Source: an uncultured Gammaproteobacteria bacterium (GTDB lineage: Bacteria; Patescibacteriota; Microgenomatia; UBA12405). Taken from it: 64,000 nt of DNA. Both the position numbers and the translations under genes were made by a program. The notes beneath the pieces are model-generated. The model was not told the origin of the DNA. It did not search any database and saw only the letters and a program-made list of their open reading frames with translations. The DNA is taken from NCBI GenBank assembly GCA_964408995.1, contig CAYPBP010000001.1:74823-138822 (forward strand). The letters are read 5' to 3'. Below are positions 9,428-19,886 of the stretch, one piece after another. Position 1 is the stretch's first letter. Each line of letters begins with the position of its first letter.

Positions 9428-11398
9428 ATGGACCAAATAATATCAAAAGAAACTAAAGAAACAATTGACCCCGTTTCAACTGTTGAAACAAAAACTAGAA
9501 TGAAATTTAATTTCAAAAAATTAGATAAAAAGAAACTATATTCAATCCTTTCAATTGTCTTAATTGTTTTTTCTGTAATCGCCATTTTATTTTTCTTTTT
9601 TGTTTTTGTCCCTGGAAATAAAATATTAAGTCAAATTAAAAACATTCAAAAATCAGTTCCCATTATTCAACAAGCTATTAGTGATAAAGATTTAGATAAA
9701 GTTAAAGAAGAATTAGCTACTCTCAAAAATCAAACTAAATTATTAGAATCAAATTATAAAAAACTTGGCTATACCAAATATATACCTGTTGTTGGTAATT
9801 ACTATAAAGATGGCCAACAATTTTTAATCATCGGTAAAGAGGGAATCGAACTTGGTAATATTTTACTTGAAGCTATTGACCCTTACAAAGATTTCTTGGG
9901 TGCCAAAGGTTCTTCCACTAGTAACGAAAAAACTACTCAAGATCGTATAACTTTTTTGACTGAATCAACTGCTGGATTACTCCCTTATATGAGTCAAATC
10001 AAAGAAAAAATAGTTATCATTCAAACAGCATCAGATAAAATCGATCCAAAACGTTATCCAGAAGAATTTAAGGGTTATCAAATAAAATCAAATATATTAA
10101 AACTTAAAGAGAGTCTTACTCAGGGTCAAGAAATTATCCAAAAGCTTGAACCAATTATTGAAAAAATACCTTGGCTTCTTGGTAAAGATAGTCCTCGTAA
10201 GTACTTAATGATTTTTCAAAATGATGGAGAACTAAGACCTAGTGGTGGTTTTTGGACAGCTTACAGCACTCTAACAATTAAAGATGGAAAAGTTACCCCA
10301 GGCACAGCTAGTAATATCTACGACCTTGATGACAAAATTGCCAGTAGAGTTCCGGCTCCACGTTTAATCAAAAGTTACCATATAGGAGTTCCTTATCTTA
10401 ACCTTCGTGATAGTAATCTTTCACCAGATTTCCCAACTAATGCTCAAATTTTTTTAGACCAATATACTAAAGCTACCGGTAAAAAAGATAGTTTTGATGC
10501 TGTTATTGCTATTGATACAAAAATTTTGGTTGACATGGTTAAAATTTTAGGCAAATTAGACACCAGAGTTGGAACTTTCACCTCAGAACCAGACAAAAGA
10601 TGTTGGGGTTGTCCTTCAATAATTTACGATATGTCTTGGATTTCTGGACGTCCCAGAAATTATATTGAAAAAAACAGAAAAGATTTTATGAATCCTCTTA
10701 TGTCTGCTTTGTTAGCCAATATAATGGGTTCCGAAAAAACAAAAATGGCCCCAATAATTGAAGCCTTCTTTAAAAATGTTAATGAAAAACATGTTTTAGT
10801 TTATTTTCCAGATGAAGAAATGCAAAAAATAGGAAATCTAGCCAATATTACTGGCAAAATAGTTGATGTAGAAAATGATGTGGATTATTTTCATTTAAAT
10901 GATACTAACTTTGCTAGTGCTAAAAGTAACTTTTTTATCACTCAAAAAATTAAACATGAAATAGATATTAAAAACAATGTTGCTGAACATAAAGTTTCTG
11001 TTACCTACACCAATCCCAATCCAGCCTCCAATTGTAATTTAGAAAAAGGGGATCTCTGTCTTAATGCTGCTAGATACCGTGATTTATTTAGATTTTATCT
11101 TCCAATTGGTTCTCAACTTACCAAGATGACTGGATCTGAAGTCGAAGCTGTTAAATATGAAGAGTTAAACAAACAAGTTTTTGAAGGTTTTTATGGCAAT
11201 AAATATGCCCTAAATGCTCAATCGAATATTAAAACTTCTATTCAATATACTTCTGGAGCAAAAATTGGTTCAACTTATAATCTATTACTCCAAAAACAAG
11301 CAGGAACTAAAGCAGTCGAATATGAATTAATAATCAATGGTCAAAAACAAGAAATATTTGATTGGGTGGCTGATAAAAACATCAAATTTTCTTTATAA
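9428..11398 (+). CDS. DUF4012-like membrane-anchored protein
   Basis: N-terminal TM; FQNDGELRPSGGF and LRDSNLSPDFPT motifs. Confidence 0.75.
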   Translation: MDQIISKETKETIDPVSTVETKTRMKFNFKKLDKKKLYSILSIVLIVFSVIAILFFFFVFVPGNKILSQIKNIQKSVPIIQQAISDKDLDKVKEELATLKNQTKLLESNYKKLGYTKYIPVVGNYYKDGQQFLIIGKEGIELGNILLEAIDPYKDFLGAKGSSTSNEKTTQDRITFLTESTAGLLPYMSQIKEKIVIIQTASDKIDPKRYPEEFKGYQIKSNILKLKESLTQGQEIIQKLEPIIEKIPWLLGKDSPRKYLMIFQNDGELRPSGGFWTAYSTLTIKDGKVTPGTASNIYDLDDKIASRVPAPRLIKSYHIGVPYLNLRDSNLSPDFPTNAQIFLDQYTKATGKKDSFDAVIAIDTKILVDMVKILGKLDTRVGTFTSEPDKRCWGCPSIIYDMSWISGRPRNYIEKNRKDFMNPLMSALLANIMGSEKTKMAPIIEAFFKNVNEKHVLVYFPDEEMQKIGNLANITGKIVDVENDVDYFHLNDTNFASAKSNFFITQKIKHEIDIKNNVAEHKVSVTYTNPNPASNCNLEKGDLCLNAARYRDLFRFYLPIGSQLTKMTGSEVEAVKYEELNKQVFEGFYGNKYALNAQSNIKTSIQYTSGAKIGSTYNLLLQKQAGTKAVEYELIINGQKQEIFDWVADKNIKFSL

Positions 11399-11959
11399 AT
11401 GGATAAATACCAAAACACTCTTGGCATAGTAATCAACAAAAAAACTGTTAAGGAAACTGATTTATTGATTACTCTATTAACCCCCAGAAATGGCAAAATA
11501 GTTGCCCTGGCAAAAGGTGCCAAAAACATTAAAAGCAGTCGTCTAAGCTCTCTTCAGCTAGGTAATACTATTAAAGCTCAAATATATAAAAAAAATGATT
11601 ATCTATGGTTATCTGAATCTCAAACCATTATTCCTTTTTTACAACACGATAAAAATTTAACTCAATTAAACTTACTCTTTTATTTTTTGGAAGTTTTAAA
11701 TCGTTTAGTTGCTGAAAATCAACAAATTGAAAGTATTTATAAAATATCTCAAGAAATTATTGACGCTATAAACCACAATCAACTTAATCGTTACATAAAA
11801 AACGAAATTCTATTTTTAGAACAAATCGGTTTTGGTATCCCCAGTGAAATAGAAAAATATTTTCAAAAAAAAGATTACAAAACCACTCAACAACTAATAA
11901 AAGGCTTCTTTGAATCAATTATTGAAAAACCATTAGAAAGTAATAAATTGTTTAAATAA
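11399..11959 (+). CDS. recO: DNA repair protein RecO (short form)
   Basis: GIVI..ETDLLITLLT..GKIVALAKGA OB-fold signature. Confidence 0.85.
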   Translation: MDKYQNTLGIVINKKTVKETDLLITLLTPRNGKIVALAKGAKNIKSSRLSSLQLGNTIKAQIYKKNDYLWLSESQTIIPFLQHDKNLTQLNLLFYFLEVLNRLVAENQQIESIYKISQEIIDAINHNQLNRYIKNEILFLEQIGFGIPSEIEKYFQKKDYKTTQQLIKGFFESIIEKPLESNKLFK

Positions 11960-11974
11960 CGGTATAATTGAGAC

Positions 11975-13090
11975 ATGAATTCAAAAAGCAAATCCCTAAG
12001 CTATAAGTCTACTGGAGTAAATTACAATATAATGGATCCAATTAAAAAGTTAGCCCAATCTTCCGCCAAAGAAACTGCGTTTAATCTCCTCCCTTTAAAT
12101 ATGTCTGAAAAAACTGAAAGTAGAGGAGAATCAGCCTATGTTTGGGAAGAAAAAGACTCGTATCGAGCTTTTGTCGTCGAAGGTTTAGGTACTAAAAATA
12201 TAGTTGCCGATGAAACTAGTAAAATAACCAAAAAAGATTACTATCAACATATTGCTCAAGACACTGTGGCTATGATCATCAACGACTTAATTGTCGTCGG
12301 AGCCAAACCCCAAGTATTAAATGCCTATTTCGCCGTTGGCTCATCTGATTGGTTTTTAGATACTAAAAGAGCCACTAACTTAATTAAAGGTTGGAAAAAT
12401 GCTTGTAACCTTTCTGGTGCAGTTTGGGGTGGGGGAGAAACTCCAACTCTAAAAGGTATTGTCGCTCCAGAAACTATTGATCTTGGTGGATCTGCTGTTG
12501 GCATAATTAAACCAAAAAAAAGATTAGTTTTAGGAAATAAATTAGCCTCAGGTGACACTATTTTATTATTAGAAAGTAGTGGTATCCATGCTAATGGTTT
12601 AACCCTAGCCAGATTAATTGCTGATAAATTACCTAAAGGCTATGCTACAAAATTAGACAACGGACAATTATATGGAGAAGCCTTATTAGCCCCAACCCAT
12701 ATCTATGCCAAAATAGTCAATGAACTTTTAGATAAAAATATTGATATTCATTATATGGTCAATATCACTGGACACGGTTGGAGAAAATTAATGAGAGCCA
12801 CCAAAAAATTTAGTTACATTATTGATCAAATACCACCCACACCACCAATTTTTGATTTTATCCAAAAACATTCAGGCAATGACGACCAAGAAATGTATGG
12901 CAACTTTAACATGGGTGCCGGTTTTGCTATTTTTGTGCCTGCAAAAGATGCTAAAAAAGCTCAACAAATTATCAAAGACAAATCAAAGTTTAAAGTTTGG
13001 CAAGCCGGTGTTGTCAAAGCGGGAGACAAGCAAGTGGTCATTAAACCAAAGAATATAACTTTCAGTGAAAAAACTCTTGAAGTCAGATAA
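11975..13090 (+). CDS. purM: Phosphoribosylformylglycinamidine cyclo-ligase (AIR synthetase)
   Basis: YKSTGV, EGLGTK, GGET, SSGIHANG, NITGHG, FNMGAG motifs. Confidence 0.9.
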   Translation: MNSKSKSLSYKSTGVNYNIMDPIKKLAQSSAKETAFNLLPLNMSEKTESRGESAYVWEEKDSYRAFVVEGLGTKNIVADETSKITKKDYYQHIAQDTVAMIINDLIVVGAKPQVLNAYFAVGSSDWFLDTKRATNLIKGWKNACNLSGAVWGGGETPTLKGIVAPETIDLGGSAVGIIKPKKRLVLGNKLASGDTILLLESSGIHANGLTLARLIADKLPKGYATKLDNGQLYGEALLAPTHIYAKIVNELLDKNIDIHYMVNITGHGWRKLMRATKKFSYIIDQIPPTPPIFDFIQKHSGNDDQEMYGNFNMGAGFAIFVPAKDAKKAQQIIKDKSKFKVWQAGVVKAGDKQVVIKPKNITFSEKTLEVR

Positions 13091-13097
13091 TTTTAAC

Positions 13098-14381
13098 TCA
13101 GGCAAAAATATGTTTTTCTTTTGATTCTTGTTTTTTCCACTTTGGATTTTGACAAGTAGCTATTTCTATTTTATGAGCTGCAATTTCTGCTTTCTCTTTT
13201 GCCTTTTTAACATTCTTATCAGTAGCCAAAACTATTCCCAAACGTCTATTAACATGGGCTTCATTCTTACCAAAAAGTAAAATTGTAACTCCTGATTCAT
13301 TTAAAGCTTTTGAAACATTTTTATAACCTGGATCGAAACCATCAGTTGGTGACAAAATTACATGAGAAGCTGCTGGAGTCAAAATTGGTATTACATCAAA
13401 ACCTAAATGTTTTTCGGTTGGAATTGGTAATCCTGTTATCGCTTTAACATGTAAAGCTGCCTGGGAAAACCCAATTTGCTGTGAAGCAAAAGTAACCATT
13501 CCTGTATCATGTGGACGAGGACTACATTCATTGGCCCAGACCATATCACCCTTGATAAATAACTCACAACCAAAGACTCCAACTCCACCCAAAGCGTCAG
13601 TAATTTTTTTAGCAATTTGATAAACCTTCTTTTCTGCTTTTGGACTAATGTCAGCCATTTGCCAACTAGAATGATAATCACCACCCCTTGTTTGATATTG
13701 GCCAATAGGATGGCAAAAAGATGTTTTTATTTTATTATTTTCATAATGTCTAACTACCAATTCAGTTACTTCCGTATCAAAATCAATATTTTGCTCAACA
13801 ATCAATTTATCAGATGATCCACGGGCTTCCAAGTGGGCTTTTTCATATGCCGCCTCAACTTCTTTCTCTGTTTTAACCTTACTTGAACCACTACCAGAAG
13901 AATCTTGAATAGCCTTAACCCAACAAGGATAACCAGTTTTTTTACAAGCTTCTTTTAGTTCTTCAAGAGAACTGACATAGAAATATTTAGACACTGGAGC
14001 TCCAGTTTTAACAATCATTTCCCTAATTCGTTCACGCTGCATGGCTGTATAAGTCGCCTTAGCATTAGGAACAATATTAAAACCTTCCTTTTCTAAATCA
14101 AATAACAAATCCAAATTAATAGCTTCAATTTCTGGCACAATATAATCTGGTTTTTCTTTTTCAATTATTGACCTCAAAAAACCCTCATCTTTCATGTTTC
14201 CAGTGTAAGAGCGATGAGCCACTTGTTGACCAGGCGCACCTTCATAACGATCCACTGCAATTGTAAAAAATCCCAATCTCATTGCTTCTATAATCACTTC
14301 TTTACCTAATTCACCAGATCCTAAAAGCATTATTTTTGTTGCTTTGTTACAAAGCGGGGAAAAAAGAGTATCTCGTTTCAT
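13098..14381 (-). CDS. purT: Formate-dependent phosphoribosylglycinamide formyltransferase
   Basis: MLLGSGELGKEV, PEIEAI, RERIR, NECSPRPHDTGMVT motifs. Confidence 0.92.
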   Translation of the reverse strand: MKRDTLFSPLCNKATKIMLLGSGELGKEVIIEAMRLGFFTIAVDRYEGAPGQQVAHRSYTGNMKDEGFLRSIIEKEKPDYIVPEIEAINLDLLFDLEKEGFNIVPNAKATYTAMQRERIREMIVKTGAPVSKYFYVSSLEELKEACKKTGYPCWVKAIQDSSGSGSSKVKTEKEVEAAYEKAHLEARGSSDKLIVEQNIDFDTEVTELVVRHYENNKIKTSFCHPIGQYQTRGGDYHSSWQMADISPKAEKKVYQIAKKITDALGGVGVFGCELFIKGDMVWANECSPRPHDTGMVTFASQQIGFSQAALHVKAITGLPIPTEKHLGFDVIPILTPAASHVILSPTDGFDPGYKNVSKALNESGVTILLFGKNEAHVNRRLGIVLATDKNVKKAKEKAEIAAHKIEIATCQNPKWKKQESKEKHIFA

Positions 14382-14411
14382 ATTTGTATTATATAACTAA
14401 ATATTTTTTAC

Positions 14412-15212
14412 TTATTTAAAATAATTAATTGCATTCTTAAAAATTTGCAATGGCTTTGCATATTCAGGCAATTCTAATCCTTCTCTTAAATATTTTTCTT
14501 TTAATAATTCCCAGTTTGGAAATTGATTAAAAAAGATAGCTCTTTCAGGGTGGGGCATTAGTCCCAATATTCTGCCACTTTCATCAGTAATTCCAGCAAC
14601 ATCCTCTAAAGATCCATTTGGATTGGCTTCTAAATTTTGATAATCACAAATTTCTCCCTTTATATATTTCAAAGCAATTATATTTTTCTTTTTCAACTCT
14701 TCTAAAACTGATTTATCAGCATAAAATTTTCCCTCACCATGGGCAATTGCCACAGAAATTGTATCTATATCTTTCAACCAAGGAGAATCATTGGTCACTT
14801 TCAAATCCACCCATCTAGTTTTATATCGAGCTGAATTATTGTGCAACAAAGTTATTTGTTGACTTCCGTATTTTCCCTTCAAAGCTGGTAATAACCCCAA
14901 ACGAGTTAATATTTGAAAACCATTACAAATCCCAATTATCAAACCTCCATTTTTAATAAATTTTTCCAAATCTTTCCATAAATGATTTTTAATTTTACTA
15001 GCATAAGCATTGCCAGAACCCGTATCATCACCATAAGAAAACCCACCAGGAATGGCAAGAATTTGATAATCATTAAGACTTTTTGTTTTATCAATTAAAT
15101 CGTTAATATGAACAATGTCAGCACTACCTCCAGCCAAATCAAAAGCGAATTTAGTTTCCTCCTCACAATTCAAACCGTAACCAGAAAAAACTAATACTTT
15201 AACTTTTTTCAT
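14412..15212 (-). CDS. purQ: FGAM synthase glutaminase subunit
   Basis: GGFSYGD, GICNGFQ, AHGEG, NPNGS, MPHPER motifs. Confidence 0.95.
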   Translation of the reverse strand: MKKVKVLVFSGYGLNCEEETKFAFDLAGGSADIVHINDLIDKTKSLNDYQILAIPGGFSYGDDTGSGNAYASKIKNHLWKDLEKFIKNGGLIIGICNGFQILTRLGLLPALKGKYGSQQITLLHNNSARYKTRWVDLKVTNDSPWLKDIDTISVAIAHGEGKFYADKSVLEELKKKNIIALKYIKGEICDYQNLEANPNGSLEDVAGITDESGRILGLMPHPERAIFFNQFPNWELLKEKYLREGLELPEYAKPLQIFKNAINYFK

Positions 15213-15213
15213 A

Positions 15214-18129
15214 TTAATAATTTTTAAATGTTGATTTATAAGCTTTTAACATTTCTTTAACATTAGTTTTAATTATTTCTTTTTTATTAATTCCCTTAAC
15301 CACAAAATCACTACCTTCCAAAACTTTACCAATCAAAGAAATTTTATTACCTTTCATCATTTCTTCAAATTTATTTTTATTAGCTGGATTTATTGATACC
15401 ACTATTCTTCCCTGTGTTTCAGAATATAAAGCACTATAATCACTGTTTATTTTGCCAGCTAATTTATTTAAGTTAATTAGAGCTCCAAGCATTCCTCCCA
15501 TGGTCGTCTTTGCTAAAGCCACTAATAAACCACCTCTGTTAACACTAATTGATGAAGCGATTAATTGTTTATTTACACATTTATAAAAATCTTTATATAA
15601 TTTTTGATTCTTTTTTGTATCAACTTTTGGAACTACACTTCCAAACTCATTAAAAGTCTCACCCAAAACATAAATTAAATCGCCAGCAAATTTCAAATCC
15701 AAAGAAACCGTTTTATTAATGTCATCCATTACCGATATGGCAGAAATTAATAAAGTTGGAGGAATTGAAATTTTTAATTGTTTACCTTTGGCATCATAAC
15801 CAGAAAAGTCATTAAACATACTGTCTTTCCCAGAGATAAAAGGTGTTCCAAAAGCAACCCCAAAATCATAACAAGCTTGAGTTGCTTGTTTTAATTGCCA
15901 TAATCTTTTCGGATTTTTAGAATCACACCAACAAAAATTATCTAGAATTGCAATTTTTTCTGGGTCAGCTCCAGCCGTTACTGCCATTCTAATAGCAGTA
16001 TCAATAGAACAGGCTGTCATCAAATAAGAATCTTTATTACTATATTCTGGATATAAACTAGCTGATAAAATTACCCCTTTTTTAGAATCTAGCACTGGTT
16101 TAAAAACTGAAGCATCACCATTTATTAAACCTCTACCTTGCAATGGTTTTAAAACACTACCTCCTTGAACTTCATGATCATATTGAGATGATAAAAATTC
16201 AAAACCAGCAATATTATTGCTACTCAAAGTTTTTAATAAATTTTTTGTAAAATCTTTTATTTCTGGCACCACTAATTTCTCGTTAGTTTTTTTAATTACT
16301 TCCGAAACCATTGGTCTTGGAGGTAAACCTTTATGTAAAAACTCCATTTCCAAATCTAAAATAACTTTACCTTTATAAGTTCCCACACATTTACCCGACT
16401 TAGTAAATTTTCCAATCACAGTTGCTTCTACTCCTCGTCTCTTCATTAACTCATTAAATTTATTCCATTTTGTTGGTGGCACTGCCAAAGTCATTCTTTC
16501 TTGAGATTCTGAAATCCAAATTTGCCAAGGCTCTAAACCAGGATATTTTAATGGCACCTTATCTAATTCAACTAAACATCCACCGGATTCATTAGCCATT
16601 TCAGCTACTGATGAAGACAAACCACCAGCTCCATCATCGGTAATACTTCTGTATAAATTTAAATCTCTAGCTTCTTTTATAATGGCATCGCTCATTTTTT
16701 TCTGAGTTATTGGATCACCAATTTGAACTGCGGTAGCTGGACTACCAGAATCTAGAGATTCTGAAGAAAAAGTAGCTCCATGAATTCCATCTTGTCCCAC
16801 TTTTCCACCAGTCATTACAATAAAATCACCGGGCTTAGCATTTTTAAAATCAGCTCTTTTACCCTTAATTTTTCTTGGAATTAAACCAACAGTTCCACAA
16901 AAAACTAATGGTTTACCTCTGTAATCATCATCAAAATACAAAAATCCAGAAGAAGTTGGAATCCCAGATTGATTACCACCACTATTAACTCCAGCAATTA
17001 CTCCATCCATTATTCTTCCAGCTGAAAGCATTTTTTGTTTTAAACCAGCATCTCTAAATAAATCAGTTTTATTTTTTGGATCAGCCAAACAAAATCCATA
17101 AACATTAGCAACAGGCTTAGCTCCCATTCCAAAACCCATGGCATCTCGATTCACTCCCACAATTCCAGTAATCGATCCACCAAAGGGATCCAAAGCCGAA
17201 GGACTATTATGAGTTTCCACTTTATGGGTAATTAAATATTTTTCATCAAAATCAATTCCTCCAGAATTATCGCTAAAGACTGACACACAAAAATCTTTCT
17301 TACCTTTTTCTTTTCTAATTCTTTCAGTAGCTGCTTTTATATGACTTTTAAATAAACCTTTTTCAATTTCATCAATCTTGTTAGCAAAAATTGTATGTTT
17401 ACAATGCTCTGACCATGTTTGAGCAATAGTTTCCAATTCAATATCGGTTGGCTTCCTGCCAATTTTATTAAAGTATTTTTTAATCGCTTGCATGTAAGTT
17501 AAATCCAAAGCCAAAGGACCTCGACTTAATCCATTTTTATCAATAATTCCCACCTTACCTAATTTAGTTAACTCATCATCACTAATATTTAAATCGATTT
17601 CTAAAACTTTAAAACTATTACTTAAATTAACTTTTGGAATATTTATTCCCATTCCTTTATCTTTTTTATATTCAACAAAACTCTTTATTATTACCCTTTG
17701 AATTAATGGATTGTATAAAGTAGCTGCTATTGTTTGGATATCTTTTTCAGATATTTTTCCACTAAAAAAACTAATTTGAGAAGTATAAACTCCCTCATTA
17801 GATTTAAATTTAGTTTTTAATAAATCCTCAACAATTTCTTTGGTACTAGTTGCCACATTATCAGTTACTCCTGGCAAAAATCCCACTTCCACTGCCCAAG
17901 AAAAATTATCAGGAGCCATGTTTTTACCAGTTTTTTGAGACACCAAATCAGCCAAAGTTGAAGATATTAAAGAAACTTGTTTAGTATCTAATTTTTTATC
18001 CAAAGTATATACATCAACAATAGTTATTTCTTTTATCTGAGATTTAATATCCAAAACTTCCAATTTATTTTTTCTGACCAAAGCCCTAGCATCAATTACT
18101 TTCGAAATTATTTCAATTCTTACTGCCAT
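15214..18129 (-). CDS. purL: FGAM synthase synthetase subunit with N-terminal PurS-like extension
   Basis: QTWSEHCKH, KVETHNSPS, DGIHGA, SESQERM, QYDHEV, ISGKDSM motifs; start placed at ATG 18129. Confidence 0.93.
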   Translation of the reverse strand: MAVRIEIISKVIDARALVRKNKLEVLDIKSQIKEITIVDVYTLDKKLDTKQVSLISSTLADLVSQKTGKNMAPDNFSWAVEVGFLPGVTDNVATSTKEIVEDLLKTKFKSNEGVYTSQISFFSGKISEKDIQTIAATLYNPLIQRVIIKSFVEYKKDKGMGINIPKVNLSNSFKVLEIDLNISDDELTKLGKVGIIDKNGLSRGPLALDLTYMQAIKKYFNKIGRKPTDIELETIAQTWSEHCKHTIFANKIDEIEKGLFKSHIKAATERIRKEKGKKDFCVSVFSDNSGGIDFDEKYLITHKVETHNSPSALDPFGGSITGIVGVNRDAMGFGMGAKPVANVYGFCLADPKNKTDLFRDAGLKQKMLSAGRIMDGVIAGVNSGGNQSGIPTSSGFLYFDDDYRGKPLVFCGTVGLIPRKIKGKRADFKNAKPGDFIVMTGGKVGQDGIHGATFSSESLDSGSPATAVQIGDPITQKKMSDAIIKEARDLNLYRSITDDGAGGLSSSVAEMANESGGCLVELDKVPLKYPGLEPWQIWISESQERMTLAVPPTKWNKFNELMKRRGVEATVIGKFTKSGKCVGTYKGKVILDLEMEFLHKGLPPRPMVSEVIKKTNEKLVVPEIKDFTKNLLKTLSSNNIAGFEFLSSQYDHEVQGGSVLKPLQGRGLINGDASVFKPVLDSKKGVILSASLYPEYSNKDSYLMTACSIDTAIRMAVTAGADPEKIAILDNFCWCDSKNPKRLWQLKQATQACYDFGVAFGTPFISGKDSMFNDFSGYDAKGKQLKISIPPTLLISAISVMDDINKTVSLDLKFAGDLIYVLGETFNEFGSVVPKVDTKKNQKLYKDFYKCVNKQLIASSISVNRGGLLVALAKTTMGGMLGALINLNKLAGKINSDYSALYSETQGRIVVSINPANKNKFEEMMKGNKISLIGKVLEGSDFVVKGINKKEIIKTNVKEMLKAYKSTFKNY

Positions 18130-18172
18130 TTCCCAATTATACAAACAAACAATTAAAATTTATACTATATAT

Positions 18173-18526
18173 TTAATCCCAAAAAAAATCATCTTCACTG
18201 TAATTCAATTTGAAAGTCATATACAAAAAATCTTCCTTAGTGTCATTAACAACTATATGTTTATCGAATGGTTCGACAACCAAAACATCATCAACTTCAA
18301 CATTTATTTTTTCTCCATTAATAATAAAATATCCATTTTTATTTAAAAAATAAAAAATTTCTGTTTGTATTTTATGAGAATGTGATTTCACTGTTTCTCC
18401 GGGTTCTATTTTAAGTTTTTGGACCAAACTTCCTTTTACTCCTAAATCTTCATCAGTCAAATAAACTTTTTTACTATATCCATCTTTCTTTAACCAACTA
18501 TTAGGCTCTGATTTAATTAATTTCAT
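18173..18526 (-). CDS. Cupin-domain protein
   Basis: PGETVKSHSH...EIFYF...G and P..KH motifs; start at ATG 18526 avoids overlap with glyQS. Confidence 0.8.
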   Translation of the reverse strand: MKLIKSEPNSWLKKDGYSKKVYLTDEDLGVKGSLVQKLKIEPGETVKSHSHKIQTEIFYFLNKNGYFIINGEKINVEVDDVLVVEPFDKHIVVNDTKEDFLYMTFKLNYSEDDFFWD

Positions 18527-18562
18527 AAAATGAATTATACCAATATACGCTATAATACTTTC

Positions 18563-19885
18563 ATGGCCCAAAACAATCAAAACGAATTAGTCAGCAAAAT
18601 AGTTAGTCTTTGTAAAAGACGAGGAATAATTTTTCAAAATTCAGAAATATACGGCGGAGTCCAAGGTTTCTATGACTATGGTCCAATTGGATCATTAATG
18701 AAAATAAATTGGAAAAATATTTGGTGGACTGATAATGTTGTTAAACGCCGTGATGTGGTTGGTATTGACGGTTCAATCATTACTCACCCAACTGTCTGGC
18801 AAGCATCTGGCCATATCAAAAATTTTGCCGATATTATGGTCGAATGCAAATCTTGCCACAAAAGATTTCGTCCAGATTTGCTCGAAGATGATTCGAAATG
18901 TCCAGAATGTGGTGGTCAATTTACCGAAGGTCGAAAATATAATATTTTATTTGAAACTGAAATTGGTGTCATTGAAGGTGAAAAACAACATGCTTATCTA
19001 AGAGGAGAGGCTTGTCAAACTATTTATCTAGATTTTAAAAATATTGTCGATTCTTGCCGAGTTAAAATTCCTTTTGGTATTGCTCAAATTGGAAAAGCCT
19101 TTAGAAACGAAATCACTCCTAAAAATTTCCTTTATCGAACTCGTGAATTCGAACAATGGGACATTCAATATTTTGTTCATCCTTCTAAAATGGACGAATG
19201 GTACGAATATTGGAAAGAAAACAGAATGGAATGGTATAAAAAACTTTTCAATAATCCAGAAAATCTAAGATTTAGACAACACGAAAAAGATGAGTTAGCT
19301 TTTTATGCCAAAAAAGCTTTTGACATTGAATACAATGCTCCTTGGGGCTGGGCCGAAATGGAAGGAATTCATTGGCGCTCAGATTATGATTTAACTCAAC
19401 ACTCTAAATTTAGTGGTGAAGACCTAACTTATTTAGATCCAGTCACTCAAGAAAAATATCTTCCACACATCACTGAAACTTCTGGTGGAGTCGATCGTAG
19501 TTTCTTTTTTATGCTTCTAGATGCCTATAAAGAAGAAAAAAATGAATCAGGTGAAATTAGAACTGTTCTTCAAATTAAACCTCAAGTGGCTGCTTATAAA
19601 ATGGCCATTCTTCCTCTTGCTGCTAATAAACCAGAACTGATTGAAAAAGCTGAATCCATATACCAAACACTAAATACTAAATATTCAGTTGACTGGGACG
19701 ATTCTAGTAATATTGGTAAAAAATATCGTCGTCAAGATGAAATCGGAACTCCTTGGTGTTTAGTTGTTGATTATCAAACTATGGAAGACGACACTGTTAG
19801 TATTCGTGACCGAGACACCATGGAACAAATCAGAATAAAAAGCAAAGAAGTTGACAGTTGGTTAGAAAAACAGTTAAATAAGTAA
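18563..19885 (+). CDS. glyQS: Glycine--tRNA ligase, alpha2 (homodimeric) type
   Basis: GFYDYGP, AQIGKAFRNEITP, RTREFEQ, IGKKYRRQDEIGTP motifs. Confidence 0.95.
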   Translation: MAQNNQNELVSKIVSLCKRRGIIFQNSEIYGGVQGFYDYGPIGSLMKINWKNIWWTDNVVKRRDVVGIDGSIITHPTVWQASGHIKNFADIMVECKSCHKRFRPDLLEDDSKCPECGGQFTEGRKYNILFETEIGVIEGEKQHAYLRGEACQTIYLDFKNIVDSCRVKIPFGIAQIGKAFRNEITPKNFLYRTREFEQWDIQYFVHPSKMDEWYEYWKENRMEWYKKLFNNPENLRFRQHEKDELAFYAKKAFDIEYNAPWGWAEMEGIHWRSDYDLTQHSKFSGEDLTYLDPVTQEKYLPHITETSGGVDRSFFFMLLDAYKEEKNESGEIRTVLQIKPQVAAYKMAILPLAANKPELIEKAESIYQTLNTKYSVDWDDSSNIGKKYRRQDEIGTPWCLVVDYQTMEDDTVSIRDRDTMEQIRIKSKEVDSWLEKQLNK

Positions 19886-19886
19886 T

